The notes under the pieces: model-generated | What the model was told of the DNA's origin: nothing | Database searches by the model: none | What the model saw: only the letters and a program-made list of their open reading frames with translations | Shown: in pieces, positions 13,367 to 27,175 of the stretch | Position numbering within the stretch: position 1 is the first letter of the stretch | Layout: each line of letters opens with the position of its first letter | Origin: Vicugna vicugna | Lineage: Eukaryota | Length of the DNA: 64,000 nucleotides | Direction: 5' to 3' | Assembly: GCA_013265495.1 (NCBI GenBank) | Contig: MU058748.1 | Coordinates: 1-64,000 of the forward strand | Made by a program: the position numbers and the translations under genes

Positions 13367-15338
13367 CTGGTCAGGAGAGGGGAGACGAGTTGTAATATGA
13401 TAATCTTAACTTTAAAATCTCCATACATTCCAGCTTGACTTTTTCTCAAGTTATTCTCCTCTCGAATAAGAAAATAGTAAACATATAAAGTGGACTTTGA
13501 CTACTAGCCATCTATTTTTCTTCCAAAACAATTGTGTATGTTCAGAACAACTTTTTTTTTTACAGTAAATTAGCAAAGCCTGAGAAATTCTCAGAAGAAA
13601 ACTGTATTTCTCACCTGTATTTTTCTAGTATGAAATTTCATACTAATCAATGTAATTTTCTGAAAAAAGTAATCAGAGTGTAATATATACCTGTCTAGAA
13701 TGTAAACTTGTAAATATTTAGGATGAGTAGCAATGGAATTCTTGAGTCTAGATAAGCTATATAATCTTCTATATTGACTTTATTCACTGGGCAAACTTAC
13801 GATACAGTCAATAATAATTCTTTAGGATTATTGCTTAGATATTACCTTTAGAATTCTATAGCAATTTAAGGTTTAATATAGATGAAACTTGGAATTTCCA
13901 AAATACTCATATTTTTAATTCATTTTAAGTTAACTGTAGTAACATATCTTGACAACATGGTAAAACTCCTAATCTTTGAAATATGTAATATATTTCCTTG
14001 ATGATTATGTTCCTTTTGATTATTTACAAAACTTTTTTTTGATAAAGAGAGGGCGATAGCAGTTGAATTTATGGTCTTTAAAAGGAAATTAGGGCAAGCT
14101 GATCAAACAGTTACTTATGAGGAGGTTTAATGTATAGGCGAGAAAAGTTAATTTTAAATCTGAATCCATAAAATGGAAACATTTTCCTTTTGAATTATAA
14201 TAATGAAAGCTCTCAGTTCATTGGAGATACAGATCATTAATACCTTGAAAACTTGAATGTATTTGCAGGCAGTGATTTTTTTTTTTTAAGAATGGCTAAT
14301 TAGAATACATCTGAAGATTTTTGCCTAGCTTGTTTTCATTAGCATACTAGCCTAAGAATATTTAACTAGTGATCTCATATAAAGACTAAAAGTTAAAATG
14401 AAGCTTATATTCCCACTAAACTTTGTTTTTCATATGATTGTATTTCTCAAGTTAGAATTTTGACAACTAGTATTATAATCACTTGAAATTATGGAAATTC
14501 ATGCTGGAATAACAAAATTAAATAAGTCCTAATAGTATAATTTTGCTAAGAAAATGTCCTACATTCCTAATATTCAAAACTGAGAAAATTATCAAAAATT
14601 CAAGAATGAGGACAGTTTCATAGAGAACATCTTGTCTATATAATGCTAATTCCTTATGAATCCATCAACAAAATTTAAACTTCTACATTATTTTTCCAGA
14701 CTTCCTGTTAAATAAAATTTTATTGTGTAATACTTGCACATTGAGCAGACTTAAGTCATATCCCCTGAGTATACAGGCTGCTTGTAAATTTCATAGCTAT
14801 GGTGAGTTAGGCTTTAAAGTATTTAATATAAAATTAGTTTAGATATGCATAGATGTCTCAGATTGACTAGTTTCATAGGCAGTTATCTTAGTAAGTTTAA
14901 TGAATAATTTGGGGCTATAAGAAAACTGCCTGATAATAAAATGTACAGTGTTTGTAAGTTTTGCTTTTGCTATTTCCTCATTTTCTCTTCTCATTTATTT
15001 CTCATCTTTTCCATCTTATAATATTCCAGAAGCTCCAAAATCCTCCCTTCTTGTATTGAAGGTAAGTTATTATCTTAGCAGTAATTGATAACCAAGTCTA
15101 GGAGTCTCAAATATCCTCTCTAGCACTTACTATTTTCTAACCAAATTTTTTCTCCCACTAGTGTCTAATGGCAGGCATTACTATAGAACTAATACAATAT
15201 TTTATTTGACCTTTTGATGTTTTTTATTATATTAATAACTTTGTAATATTATGGCATATTTTCATTACTTGGAAAAGCTCTTTATGATCATAATATATTT
15301 TTAATTAAAAAGCTACAAGCTTAAATATTTTATAAGTA

Positions 15339-15517
15339 CAGGTGTCCCTCAGTATCTGCATGGGATAGTAACCAGGACCCCTGAAGATACCAAAATCCCT
15401 AGTTGCTCAAATACCTTTTGTAAAACAACATAGTACAGTTTGCCCTTCTACCATGAGTTCAACCAACCTTGGATCCAAACCATGGATGTGGAAACTGTAG
15501 CTATGGAGGGTCGTCTG
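15339..15517 (+). mobile_element. MER2-like Tigger MITE
   Basis: TA|caggtgtccctc ... gagggtcgtctg|TA terminal inverted repeats; ggacccctgaagataccaaaatcc core. Confidence 0.8.
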
Positions 15518-15794
15518 TATATGTGCACATACAATGTATTTCATCTGGTGCATTCTTTTTTTCTTTCATTGCTTGGCTTTTTCCCACCCATGTCCTTCTT
15601 CTACCTAAGTTCAACAAAGTTAAAGAAAATCTAGTATGTGTTTATATATTTACTTAAACACTGATTTTTTTCATATGCATATTCGGTGTGTGGGAGCATG
15701 ATGGGTATTTTGATCATTGAAAACGTTAGAAAAACTGAAGTTTTAACATCGGATAATGCTTCATTCCATTCTTTTTAGTGAATGCATAACATAC

Positions 15795-15970
15795 CCCTGT
15801 TTCACTCTTGGAAATGACTACATCATATTCCATAGCACGCAACCGAGCTCTTTTTGTTTTCTATGATAGGATTGCTCCACTGCTTCTTCAGTCATGTCAC
15901 CAAATGCTGTTTTTCCGCCTTGATGAGCAATGTTACCGTATGCTTCAATTTCATGGTCCGTGTATTCTCC
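15795..15970 (-). pseudogene. RAG1-like exon 10 (Zn-binding His and catalytic Glu, E962-like)
   Basis: tctcaatatag|...GGG|gtatgt. Reads GRI/TDHEIEAYGNIAHQGGKTAFGDMTEEAVEQSYHR/KRARLRAMEYDVV. It aligns ungapped to the Transib-type TxHKILIHGx11GxLSEEAQE motif. H at 15955-15953, E at 15877-15875. Confidence 0.8.
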
Positions 15971-16044
15971 CTATATTGAGATCAAAGTCGTATATGAACT
16001 ATAGAATCAGATGTCCAAGTTTAAATTCTAGCTCTCTTACTTTC

Positions 16045-16465
16045 TAGAATTTCTCCTTCGCTTTTGAAGGATAATTCTCCTGGATATAGAAATATGGGTT
16101 AGTGGATTTTATTTTTCTTTCAACACTTCAAGCGTTGCAGTCTACACTCTTCCTGCATGCGTGCTTTCTGAAGAGAAGTTCGATGCTATTCTTATCCCTG
16201 CTCCTCTATAGGTTATGTGGTGTTTTTTCCTCTGGCTTCTTTTGAAATGTCTTTCTATGTTTTGAATTTCTGCAATTTGAATTTTATATGCCTCAGTGTA
16301 GATTTTAAAAATATGTATCGTCCTGATGTTCTTTGAACTTCCAGGACCTGTGGTTTGGTGTCTTAAATTAATCTAGGGATCTACTCAGTCATTATTGTTT
16401 CAAATATTTTATCTTTTCCTTTCTCTCTTTCTTCTTTTCCCAGTCTTCTCATTGTACATATGTTT
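16045..16465 (-). mobile_element. Old L1 ORF1-region fragment
   Basis: Reverse-strand homology to the ORF1 C-terminal region seen at about 1000-1330. Confidence 0.7.
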
Positions 16466-18849
16466 GAGGATGTTTAGTATGTTTTAGAATTGTCCTAGTG
16501 CAGATCCAATGCAAGTAAGGGAACCAAACTAAATCCCACTAAGTAATACTTGAATGTATTGGAAAATGTTGTGTAAGTAAGTTCATCATGATTTGTTAAT
16601 TCTTGGGATTATATATTTTTAATAATAGTGTATTTCATGGAATTTTGAAAGTACTGACTTAGTCATAGGAACTGAAATTATTCTTTATAATGTATGTTTA
16701 ATATATTATATTTCAGTATGTCATATAAAACTAGAATATGACAAATGACAGAATTTAATAACTTGGCATTCCCATTTATTTTTCAATTACTATCTCAATT
16801 TTGGTACATTAAGATAAGATATCTGAATTGAAATTATTCATAAGAAAATTACTCCTCCCAACTTATTTCATTATCTAAATATATTTTAGGATTTTTCCAA
16901 ATCTTGCATGTATTAACAGAATTAACAGAAACTCATTTTAATTTTTTTCTCCTCATTTTGGTCTACCATGTCTTAATCTCATTGAGCTCTTAGCAGCATT
17001 TCTGTAATTTAGAAGCCATCACAGCACCACTGTTAGCAAGAAGTGTACATTTAATAATAGCATCTACCTCCCTGGATATCCATTCTGTTAACAGACCTAA
17101 CAGGAAGCTAATCGTCATTAGTGTGATCATTTCATTTCAGAAACCCCTAACCTCCTTGTTGAATGACTATATTAGCAATTGCAAATTGTTAAAAGTTACT
17201 GCAAGAGGACCAGACTTACTGTGAACTAGCTCTTAAAGAAATCTAAATTACTGGGAGACATCCTTCAAAAGAATAGACAGAAAACCTCTTAGTAGTAGGC
17301 AGAGAGTAGATAATGATAAAAACGTCACCAAACCCCCGAACACACAGAAAATAATCCTTTAGAGGTAATACTTTGTTTAAGTAGCCCCTACTTTTAAGTG
17401 AGACAGAGTCACTCTGTCTCCCTAAAACTTATAGAATTGTTTCTTTTCTTTTACTCCAATAATTGATTTAACATAACGTGGAGAAGTGACAGAACCTGGA
17501 TTCATTGTAAGTAGCATGGTTTGAACACTGTGCTCGTAAAAACTAAGCTAAACTGAAATTTAATTTTAAGCATTTTTTTTGATATATTTCTTGGTTTGTC
17601 TCTATACACTTAACTTAGTTAATTTTAGTTGCTATTTTAATGTATATATTTTTGAAAATCAAATACTTTTAATACTTTAAAACCAAAATGTTTATAATGA
17701 AAAGCAACAATCCTTTGTCTCACTTTAACAGTTCCCCAATTCCACATCTTAGAATACTCCATTTAGTTCTTTGAATGTTTATTCTAGTATATGCTTCTGC
17801 CATTATGTTTTGTTTTATGAAGGTTAAACCCTATCTGTGGACAAACTACAAAAGCATATATTTAAATCATTTGCATATTTGCCCTATGACTTTCCTTATC
17901 CCGCCACCCAAAATATTACTATTTCAGTTCTTCCCTTTGATGGATGGTATACATAAAGCATTTATTTTGTTTGCAAGTTATGGACTAAGTGTCTTTGTTA
18001 TGTATTTGTAAGGTCAGAACAGAAATGATCCTAACCCAAATGCAACATTTCTTCTTCCCAAATCTGTCATACTCTTTCTAGTATGATATATAGCTTACCA
18101 AAATTGAAAATCAACAATTTAAAAAATATTATTGTAAATAAGAGTGTTTATTATAATGCAAAGTGATGTGTGATACCATTTCTTTTCTCATTTAGTTTTT
18201 TTGTACTTAGCTTTGTCAATGCATGCCTCTTTTTCCTGTTCCATTTTCCTTAGGTATATTCTTAATTTTTCCAAGTACGTATCATATCTTCTCTGCACAG
18301 ATCATTCCCTTTCTTAGGGCACTCCACATAGCACAGATGCTCCTGCCTCTCACGTTCATTCCTCGTCTAGACCTGTTACCCTCCAAGTCTTTGTGCAGCA
18401 TCACCCTGGGATCTTCCTCCATAGCTCTCTTGAGTTAGATCCACTCTATCTTATATCTTCTACTTTCTAAATTTAATACTTTATTTTGCTGAGTTCATAA
18501 TCAAATAATTAGCTTACAAAGGATTTATAAATACAATATTTCACCCATGAATGCCTAAAAATATCTTTATTTTACCTTAACACTGGATTGATAGTTTGGC
18601 TGTTTATAAAAATATAGATTCAAATTAATTTTCCTTTAGTAAAATATGAAATCAGAGCAGGAACTATGAGGAACTTGGCAAATCCTCTCCCTAAAATGCA
18701 ATGATAAAATTGGGCAAACTTGACAAAAACAGTTAAGATTCTGGAAATTTACCAAATGCATAGCTTTTTTTTTTTTTTTTAAGAAAATCACTGAACTGCT
18801 ATCAGAACAGTGGGCATCTGTGGGGACAGGAAACACAAGTTACACTAGT

Positions 18850-20010
18850 AAATCATTAAAAGGAGTAGTAAGTAGAACCACTCCTACTTCAACTTCTTTA
18901 TTTTCTCATCTATATATTCTACCATTTGGAGTCACAGTAGGGCATATTAATCATTGATACAGATTGTATAACTTTCTATCCCTGCAAGGTATTATCCTCT
19001 AAGCTGTCATCTCAACTGCATTTCCAGAAGAACCTACCTTTGGCCTATCAGCCTGAATGAACATTCTATACACCCACAGATGTGGGCAGTAACTGAAGTT
19101 CTGCATGAAGGAAAGACAAAACCAAACTGAGAAGATATGCAGGTTCTAGCCAACATGAATAGCTTTCCCTTTCAGTGTGGAAGAGCCCTAATGTAACCAG
19201 CTTGTCTCTGTGTTCCTGATTGATTTCCTCAAAGAATGGTGCTGATATTCAAAGCTTTGAGTTGGTCTCTGTTGCTGGAGTGATTGGACATCAGGAGCTG
19301 TTCTTTCTACTTCTTGATTAAGGGAAGCCCATGATATTGGGTCCGTTCATAGCCTGCATGCCTACTGCCTCCATGACTACTCATGGTTCAGGACTGAGGT
19401 GACTTAGAACAGAGGCTAGTTTAAATCAGCTGGCCAAATCATTCTGACTGTTTAGTATTTCTTCATGGTGAATACTTTCTGGAGGACATCAAAATACAAT
19501 GAAAGATCTTTATGCTTTCTGTCCCATTCAGTAGGTCTATCCATGGTTCATTTTCCCAGTTCTCTAAAGAGAATTATTAAAATATTAAAATATTCCAATC
19601 TTTCCTATTTCAGAACCCTGATTAACCAGCCAGGTAAATCACCATTCATTACCCGTGTGTCCACATATTGTTATAATCTCTGACCACTTCTCTTTCCATA
19701 CAAAGTAGATACTCAGGGGCATTGCCTGAACCTCTGCTGTTCAGTAAAATTGTCCTTCTACTCTTTTTCAAGTCCTCCCCAAAACAAGACTGTAATATAG
19801 CATCAGGACCCAGTAGCAGTAGTGAATGCTGCAGTGTGCCACTCAGATTCATCTTCGAGTCTCAAGTGCCTGTATCTCTGTCATGAGTGTTGGCTGCTGA
19901 CAGCCCTCGACTGAATCCTTTCTAAGTAATTGATCTTTTTTGAAAGGATCTTTCCTTGTCATAAGTTGCATTCCTTCTCTAGTACCGGCAAGTATCCGTG
20001 GACTGGGTTC
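18850..20010. mobile_element. ERVL-type internal remnant plus LTR16-like fragment
   Basis: Resembles ERVL-int/LTR16 text (gaatgctgcagtgtgccactcagatt, ggctgctgacagc). No intact frame. Confidence 0.4.
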
Positions 20011-20039
20011 TCACAGCCCTATATAAAATCCAGTTCTCC

Positions 20040-20490
20040 CATTCTGTGTTTTATTAACAACACCTTGGAAATTAGCTTCTGCCTGTTTGTGTAGTCTTGA
20101 TTTGTGCATGGACAGTTGTATTTGGACAATGATTTAAGGGGAACCCATACAGATTTCTGCAGTGCATTCTATAAAAAACTCCTTTTTTCTGGTACCCTGT
20201 TCAGAAATCTCAGCTATGTCAACAATCAAGAATACCAATGTGATATTCTTTAGATCAGCAAGATCATTAGGCTCTGTTTGGGCTTATTTCCTTGAGATGA
20301 AGTCGACAAGTAGCTACAATGAAAAAGTTTGGATTATCAGGGTGCTTACCTTGTGACTTTCCATTTCACCAATGATCCCTGTCCTACAATGCTTGTTGTC
20401 CAACATGTGAAAATAGTTTATCCAGTTTCATACTTGTTTATGATGAGAGACCTAGTCTGTTGTTAGTTACTCCACTATGGGCAGAAGCAG
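20040..20490 (-). mobile_element. Old L1 5'-end fragment
   Basis: catacagatttctg...ggtaccctg...agttactccactatgggcagaagcag, typical of reversed L1M 5' ends. Confidence 0.55.
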
Positions 20491-21474
20491 ATTTATTTTA
20501 AATGAAAATAGTACTCATTCAATGTCTATATTTTAAATGAAAGAGGGAACATATTTTTGTTTACTCACAAAAATATATAACTTGTAAATATAATTGATTT
20601 TCTTATTCTACAATTAGCTTTGGCATAACTAGGAATAATATTTTTGAACAAAAATTGAATATAACAATACCATAAACATTCAAAATTATTTCAATGAAAT
20701 GCAAATTATCAGAAAAATAAAATGCTGTACATAAAATTATCTCAGACTACTCGAAAGACTAAAATCAAAAAAAAACTTCAGAGACTTTATAGTTCTTGAT
20801 ATTTAATTCTTGAAATTGTTCCTGTATTCTTAGAGCAATGAGTTCCTATAAACTTATTATTTATTTGTGAACAAAAAACTAATATCATGCATTTGTATAT
20901 AGCCTGAAAGCATTTCCCATTCTTTTTGAGTTGGAAGTGACAGTCTTCCTATGAAAAGGGTAATGTGGGTGTTTTAATCCCTTTTGCATTGGAAAAAATG
21001 AAAGTAAATTAGCAATTACTTATTTGAGGTTTCTGTTTAAATGGCCACATACATTTTAAACTAGTTGTTTTTATACTACAATTTTGTCTTCTATACACAG
21101 CCTCTGTGTAGTATGAGGTTATGTCATAAATTATTTATTATTCTCTCTTTTTTTCCCCACCTTTAACACCTAAAGCCTAAATTTTTGTATAAAATTATTT
21201 ATTTAAAGTCTTCTTTATCAATAGCAATCTTGAATTTATAATGTTAAAAAATTTTTTTCACAAGATTTGCCTACCTAACCCCTTTCCAAGGAAGAAATTG
21301 CAAATGTTTGTTTGGTTGGTCTACCTGTTATTATATCTGAGTTTTACAATTAATTAATTTGTCTCAGTAATACATCATCTTAAGGTTCCAGTAGTGGCTT
21401 CAAAAGTTATATTAAATGTTTATTATTTTGATCTCAGCTGTCATTAAAATGGGAGATTGCTATTTTGAGTTTAC

Positions 21475-21658
21475 CGAGGCCATTGACGTGGAAATAGTAA
21501 TGCGTATTTAATAAATGCATTTTGCAAAATAGAAGGAAGACGTTTAAGCTGTCGGTGTTAATTGTACATTTTTTTGGATGAGCAATAAGTATGTTTTGGG
21601 CAAATAACAGTTGTGACATAACACAGAGTAATGAGCAGACATCAAAAAAGGGAACACT
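21475..21658 (-). pseudogene. RAG1-like exon 9 (184 nt, fully open)
   Basis: ccttattag|...CTCG|gtaaac. Reads SVPFFDVCSLLCVMSQLLFAQNILIAHPKKCTINTDSLNVFLLFCKMHLLNTHYYFHVNGL (61 aa), where RAG1 has about 56 aa in the equivalent interval (LRELM...CPAKECPESL). Phase 0 to 1. Confidence 0.65.
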
Positions 21659-22299
21659 CTAATAAGGTAATTACCTCCAAGATAGTAAAACTTTCCTTTG
21701 AATAATAGTGAAGTTTCCTTTAAAGTACTTATCAAATAATCATCATTTGCCTGCATTTTATGTCACATTTTCTGAACATGTTTTCTGTTTGATCTCTACA
21801 ATAAAAAACATCCTATTAAGTGTATTTTAGACTGCAGATCAAAATTAGTGTGTTGTAGCATTGTAATATGTTTTCAGACGTTGCTAGAAGCCTTTGAGAA
21901 GTAAACAAATAATGCACATTGATATGTGTAGTCAGAGAGCACTCATTTTGATTATAGGAGGGTCGAAGGACCAGGAAAAGCAAAGGAATGAGAAATAAGA
22001 AAAAAATATGTATAGGTGTAAAAATAGTAACTCATTAAGAATAATGCTTTAAAGTTAGAATATATAAAGATTATTACCATTTTATAATCAAAGTTTTATT
22101 TGCTTAATGATTTCACTGATTCAGCAATCTTGCCTTCAATATTCAAGGCCTTATAAAAGGCAGTAGCACTATATAGGAAGAAATATGGGAAGGTTCTCAG
22201 ATCAAGAATGATTATGAAGAGGGTAGAATTAGTGAAGATGATGTTGATGAATCAAATATAATGTAGTAATTGGATGAGAGAGATTCAGAACCCATGAGG

Positions 22300-23150
22300 A
22301 TTTCAGAGCAAAGAGAGATTGCTTTCAACAAAAACTTTTCAGAAGAAAATGTATCACCTGAGCTGGATCTTTAAGGATACATAATTTCTTCCTAATGTAG
22401 TAAAATGCGAACTAAAGAAAGGGAGGTGACTTGTGTGAGCAAAGACGCAGAAGCTAGTAACTATGGAAGAGATAAACAAAACTGAAAGTAATCTAGATTT
22501 ATGTTAACTTGCTGTTTGGAAATGTGTAATGCCAAGTAAGTTTAGGGTGGGAAAAACCCTGATCTGTAGTATGGAGGGAATAAATTAATAGAATTTTGAA
22601 TTGAAATGCCATTTAATTGTTGCAGAGAACACTGAAATTCAGAATTAACTAGTATGTAAGCTGCTATTAGATATAGTTACTGTGGACATTATTGCTTGTT
22701 TTGAAGAGCAAGTCTAGTCTAGAGAAGTTTATTGCAAAACAGCACTACGGTATTCTAGAATGTAAATGGGTTTCTGAAATACGGCGATTGCAGTTTGATT
22801 CAAAAGGAGAGTGAAAGAGAGATAGAATTATGAAAAATCAAATACCAGTCCAATATATAAGATGACAAGAAGAGCTTGAGTTGATTTGGATATTTCCTCC
22901 AACATGTGATAAAGTTAGAATCTTAAAAGAAATAGGAAAGTTCAGAATAACAGATTAGAAGAAGGGAAATTAGATTTGGAAAATTTAAATTGAGTTCCTG
23001 GCATTATCTCTGAGTAAAGTTTTCCATGAGGCACTTTGTAATGTACCTCTGAACTTTATGCACAAAAGCAGGGGAACGATTACTCAGATTTGGAGTAAAA
23101 TTGTAAGGAGATAATAGTTCAGACTGTGTCGGTATGTGGGAGTGCCACAG
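22300..23150 (-). mobile_element. LINE-2 remnant
   Basis: ctgagctggatctttaaggat, gtgagcaaagacgcagaag, cagatttggagt; purine-rich reverse L2. Confidence 0.45.
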
Positions 23151-23506
23151 GCTCTACCTGGACTGCATTGCCAGAAATACTGAAAAGGGAAGCCTTTGGG
23201 ATATGTTTCAGGGATAGAATATGTATCTGAGAACTGGAAAAGTGTTTATGAAAATATTGCTAATGAGAGATAAGTGTACCTCTTTCTGTGATCCCCTAAA
23301 AAGGGTCAGAGATCTCCAATGTAAAGAGATAATGTAATTTTAGAAAATATAATGTCAATAAGATGTAAATGGTAAAAAGCCATTTTTATGCAGTTTTGAA
23401 GGATATTAAAGAATAGTTCAGGGATAATGAAAAATAGGTCTGTAACATTGTTTAACCAGTATTCTTTAAAAAGGGAAGGTTCTCTGTAACAGATGCGATT
23501 ACTCAC

Positions 23507-23627
23507 TTCGCTTTCAAAGTATGCTTTTTAATGGGTCTGATGTCCTTTTATGGACCGAATGGAATCTAGCAAGCTCTCCTGTTACTGCACGGGGGACAGG
23601 TTCTGTAACCTAACACTGCCTACTATT
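23507..23627 (-). pseudogene. RAG1-like exon 8 (NGNFAR-like motif)
   Basis: ttttctttctttaaaag|...GAA|gtgagt. Reads IVGSVRLQNLSP/RAVTGELARF/IRSIKGHQTH*KAYFESE, compared with RAG1 NLKPIMRMNGNFAR...LIPSE. Two compensating frameshifts are needed; it ends in phase 0. Confidence 0.7.
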
Positions 23628-25317
23628 CTTTTAAAGAAAGAAAATATGGCTTAATAGACTATCTTATGTTTTGAGGATCAGAAACACTTTGGTTAAAATC
23701 TCATTTTCCAACAATTAGCTCCGGTGAATTCTTTCTGCTGGTCAAGCAAATTTTAGATGCTGAAGTCAGACTCCCAAGTTTTACTGAATCTTAGATGGTT
23801 AAATTCTAATGTTTTAAATTTACATAATTCCATTGCAAAATGTAAACTATTTTTTAATATATTAACCCTTTCTACTGTGAGTTCATGAGCATGAATCTAT
23901 TCCCAGAATGGAACTCCAGCTGAAATATTTACAGATTTGAGTTCCTCACCCTGTAGAATGATAAGCACGTAGTCACTCTGAAGTTCTTTTTGAAACACTG
24001 TGGGTTTTTTCCTTTCCTTCTTACTCAGTTTTCTCAGTCATTTGTACTGTGTTACCTCATGGACTGGTTGCAAACCAAGAGGCCTGTGGGGTCAGGAAAA
24101 TAATGAAAGTGGTTAAGGAGTACAGGCTTCATAATGTGGTAACCACCACGTACTCCCGGTGGTAACAAGGCATGATGTGTAAATCACTTAAATGATGATA
24201 AGCCTGTGCCTTTCTTCCACGAGACAGCATCGGTTATGTGTGACAATAAACCTAGAAGTCAATGTTGTCAATTCGAAAGGAAAAATAAGAAAAAACTTAA
24301 GGCAAATACAATTTTCAATCATTTTCCTGGGAAAAAATTTAAAATTAACAAAAATTAAAACTATGTGGTACAGTGACTCAAACAGTAAAGAAAATTAACA
24401 CTTGCATACTTTGAATGCTTAATAATGATAGAGACATTATATAAGCAAAAATACTTTAGCCACAATTATGTCTTCCTTTCTGGTAAAAGTAAGATGTTGT
24501 GAAAGAAATGTATCTTTTTAAAATAGAATTTTACCTGCACTCAATTCCAACTCTAATCTTAAAATGTATAAATGTTAAATTTTATTTTTTCTCTACATCT
24601 TTTTAGAATCATTTTAACTCACTGAAGTATTCAATTTAGAGAAACTTATTTCTAGAAATATTTAGTAATTTCACTGTAGATAAAAACTAAGGAAATCATT
24701 TTAATGACATAGATTATTTGAACTTAATCCCACTCTTCTTTGAGTTAGGCAGGTATGATGCAAATAAGTTAAATAATACTTAACAAAGTTATTAAAACAG
24801 GGTAAATTGTTTGTTGCATATCAAAACGCAACACCTTGTCTGAAAGTCAGATTTTGTATTTCCTCTCCAAATGTCCTCATTAGGCAAAATGCATGTTGTT
24901 ATGACAACTGGATGGTGAATTTAGCCTGAATAATTTTTTAATACATCAAGATAAGACCTTTTAGCAGTATATATGGCTTTTAAACCATGGCTTTTTTTCC
25001 CTATCCCTGGTTCCTCAAAGTATTTCTTACTTCTAATATTTCTAAATAATTTGCCTAAAAGATATTCACTTTTCTGGCATTCAGATATATACTTTTACAT
25101 GTTTAGGTCAAAAATATTCTTTCCATTTGTCAACATATATAAATAAAACAGGTGTTTGAAAAATTAAACATTTACAGTAGCATAATTTTTTTCAGATGCT
25201 ATTTTGTAGACGTTCTTAAAATATTAGAGTATAGAATCTGTATACTGTGCAAATCCAAAATTTGCAACAGTGTTTATCCTAATATAACTTTCGATATATT
25301 TAACCTGAATATTTGAT

Positions 25318-25453
25318 AGTCACCCAATTATAACATTTGCAAACTGAAATCATGGAGAATTGAAAATTTATACTGCAATCAAATAAGTCACCCGATTATA
25401 ACATTTGCAAACTGAAATCGTGGAGAATTGAAAATTTATACTGCAGTCAAATA
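25318..25453. repeat. 68-bp tandem duplication (2 copies)
   Basis: 25318-25385 versus 25386-25453, with 3 A/G differences. Confidence 0.95.
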
Positions 25454-25796
25454 ACCTGAGTATTTACTATACAGTCTCTAAAACTGGAATAGAAGTATTT
25501 TAATATATTGTAATAAAAGTTACCCGGAAAATACTATTGTTAAATGTACACTAATTTGGGGAAGCTTTTTTAATTTAAATGAGAAAATGTTACTTAATGA
25601 ACACTGATATTATTAAAGAAATTCTTCAGTATTTCTCAGTTAACTTTAATTTTCTTTAATGTGATTAGAATAATAGTAAAACTAAGAACTTAGTATGAAT
25701 ACATTGACTCAGTTAATGTTCACCAACACCCTGTGGGATCAGCAATTTGCCCCATACCATATAACTGGAATCTACAGTACTAGGATTCTGACCTGG

Positions 25797-25829
<33 letters not shown>

Positions 25830-26916
25830 AATGAAAGCTCTATAAATTCTATACTGCTTTGCAATTTTCAAAAATTTCACACATATTATTTCATATAATC
25901 CCATAATAATCCTTTTTTCCCTCTTCCCCCTTCATTGTCCCCACTGGTAGCAACTAGTTTGTTCTCTGTATCTGAGTCTGCTTCTTTTTTTGTTTTATTT
26001 ATTAGATTGTTGTATTTTTTAGATTCCACGTATAAGTGATGTATTTGTCTTTCTCTCTGCTTTTTTTCACCTAACATAATGCCCTCCAGGTCCACCCATG
26101 TTGCTGAAAATGGCAGAAGGCAGATATAAACTGCAACATTTGGGGGGGGAGGGGTCTATCTTCTAAAGCAAAGGAAACAAAAACAAAAATAAACAAATGG
26201 GACCTAATTAAACTTAAAAGCTTTTACCCAGCAAAGGAAACCATTGACAAAGCAGAAGGACAACCTACTCAATGGGAGAAGATATTTGTAGATGATATGA
26301 CCAGTAAGGGGTTAATATCCAACATATATGAACAGCTCATACAACTCAACATCAAAAAAACAAGCAAATCAACATTAAAAAAACAAATAACTCAACTAAA
26401 AAGTGGGCAGAAAAACAGAACAGACGTTTCTCCAAAGAGGGCATGCAGATGACCAACAGACACATGAAAAGATGCTCAGCATTGCTAATCATCAGGGATA
26501 TGCAAATTAAAACCACTGAGAGATATCACCTCACACCTGTCAGAATGGCTATCATCAAAAAGAACACAAATAACAAATGTTGGTGAGGATGTGGAGAAAT
26601 GGGAACCCTTGTACACTGTTGGTAGGAATATAAATTGATGTAGCCACTGTGGAAAACAGGATAGAGGTTTCTCAAAAAAACTAAAAAATAGAACTAAATA
26701 TGACCCAGCATTCCAATTTGGGTATATATCCAATAAAAAGGGAAAACACTAATTTATAAAGACACATGTGCTCCAGTGTTCATAGCAACATTATTTACTG
26801 TAACCAAGGCATGGAAGCAACCTTAGTGAACACCAACATGTTGCATGGTAAAGAAGATGTGGTGTATTCATACAATGGGATGCTACTCAGCCATTTAAAA
26901 AAAAAAGAAAAGAGAA
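25797..26916 (-). mobile_element. 5'-inverted, truncated L1 inserted in a MIR
   Basis: Minus-oriented 3' UTR (25830-26118) joined to a plus-oriented upstream piece (26119-26916). 8-bp direct repeat tgacctgg at 25789-25796 and 26917-26924. MIR text lies on both sides. Confidence 0.85.
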
Positions 26917-27125
26917 TGACCTGGATCTTTCTGACTCCACACTGCACTCTTAACTCTCTCCTCATACCACCTTTGTTTTGACAAAAGAATTAACAATTAA
27001 GCTGAAAACACTGCTATTAATCTTCAGCTATGCTGAAGGGAATATTTCTTTTTAACCTGAATCAAAGAATTGAAACAAAATTAAAACTAGCCCCAAATAA
27101 ATAGTTTTCTTTTATGATTGCTTAC

Positions 27126-27175
27126 CTGTAAGGTGATTTTAACGCTTGAGACAAGATTAAAATTTTGTGTTGTCT
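27126..27175 (-). pseudogene. RAG1-like exon 7 (50 nt, open)
   Basis: gtgtctcctag|...CAG|gtaagc. Reads RQHKILILSQALKSPY(R). Phase 0 to 2, bridging exons 6 and 8. Confidence 0.6.

Noticed and set aside
15808..16047. 79-aa plus-strand ORF
   Set aside because: A shadow of minus-strand RAG1-like exon 10; no motif of its own.
17220..17262. Minus-strand exon-like segment with a gtaagt donor
   Set aside because: Stops in all frames, no motif, and not needed in the gene model.
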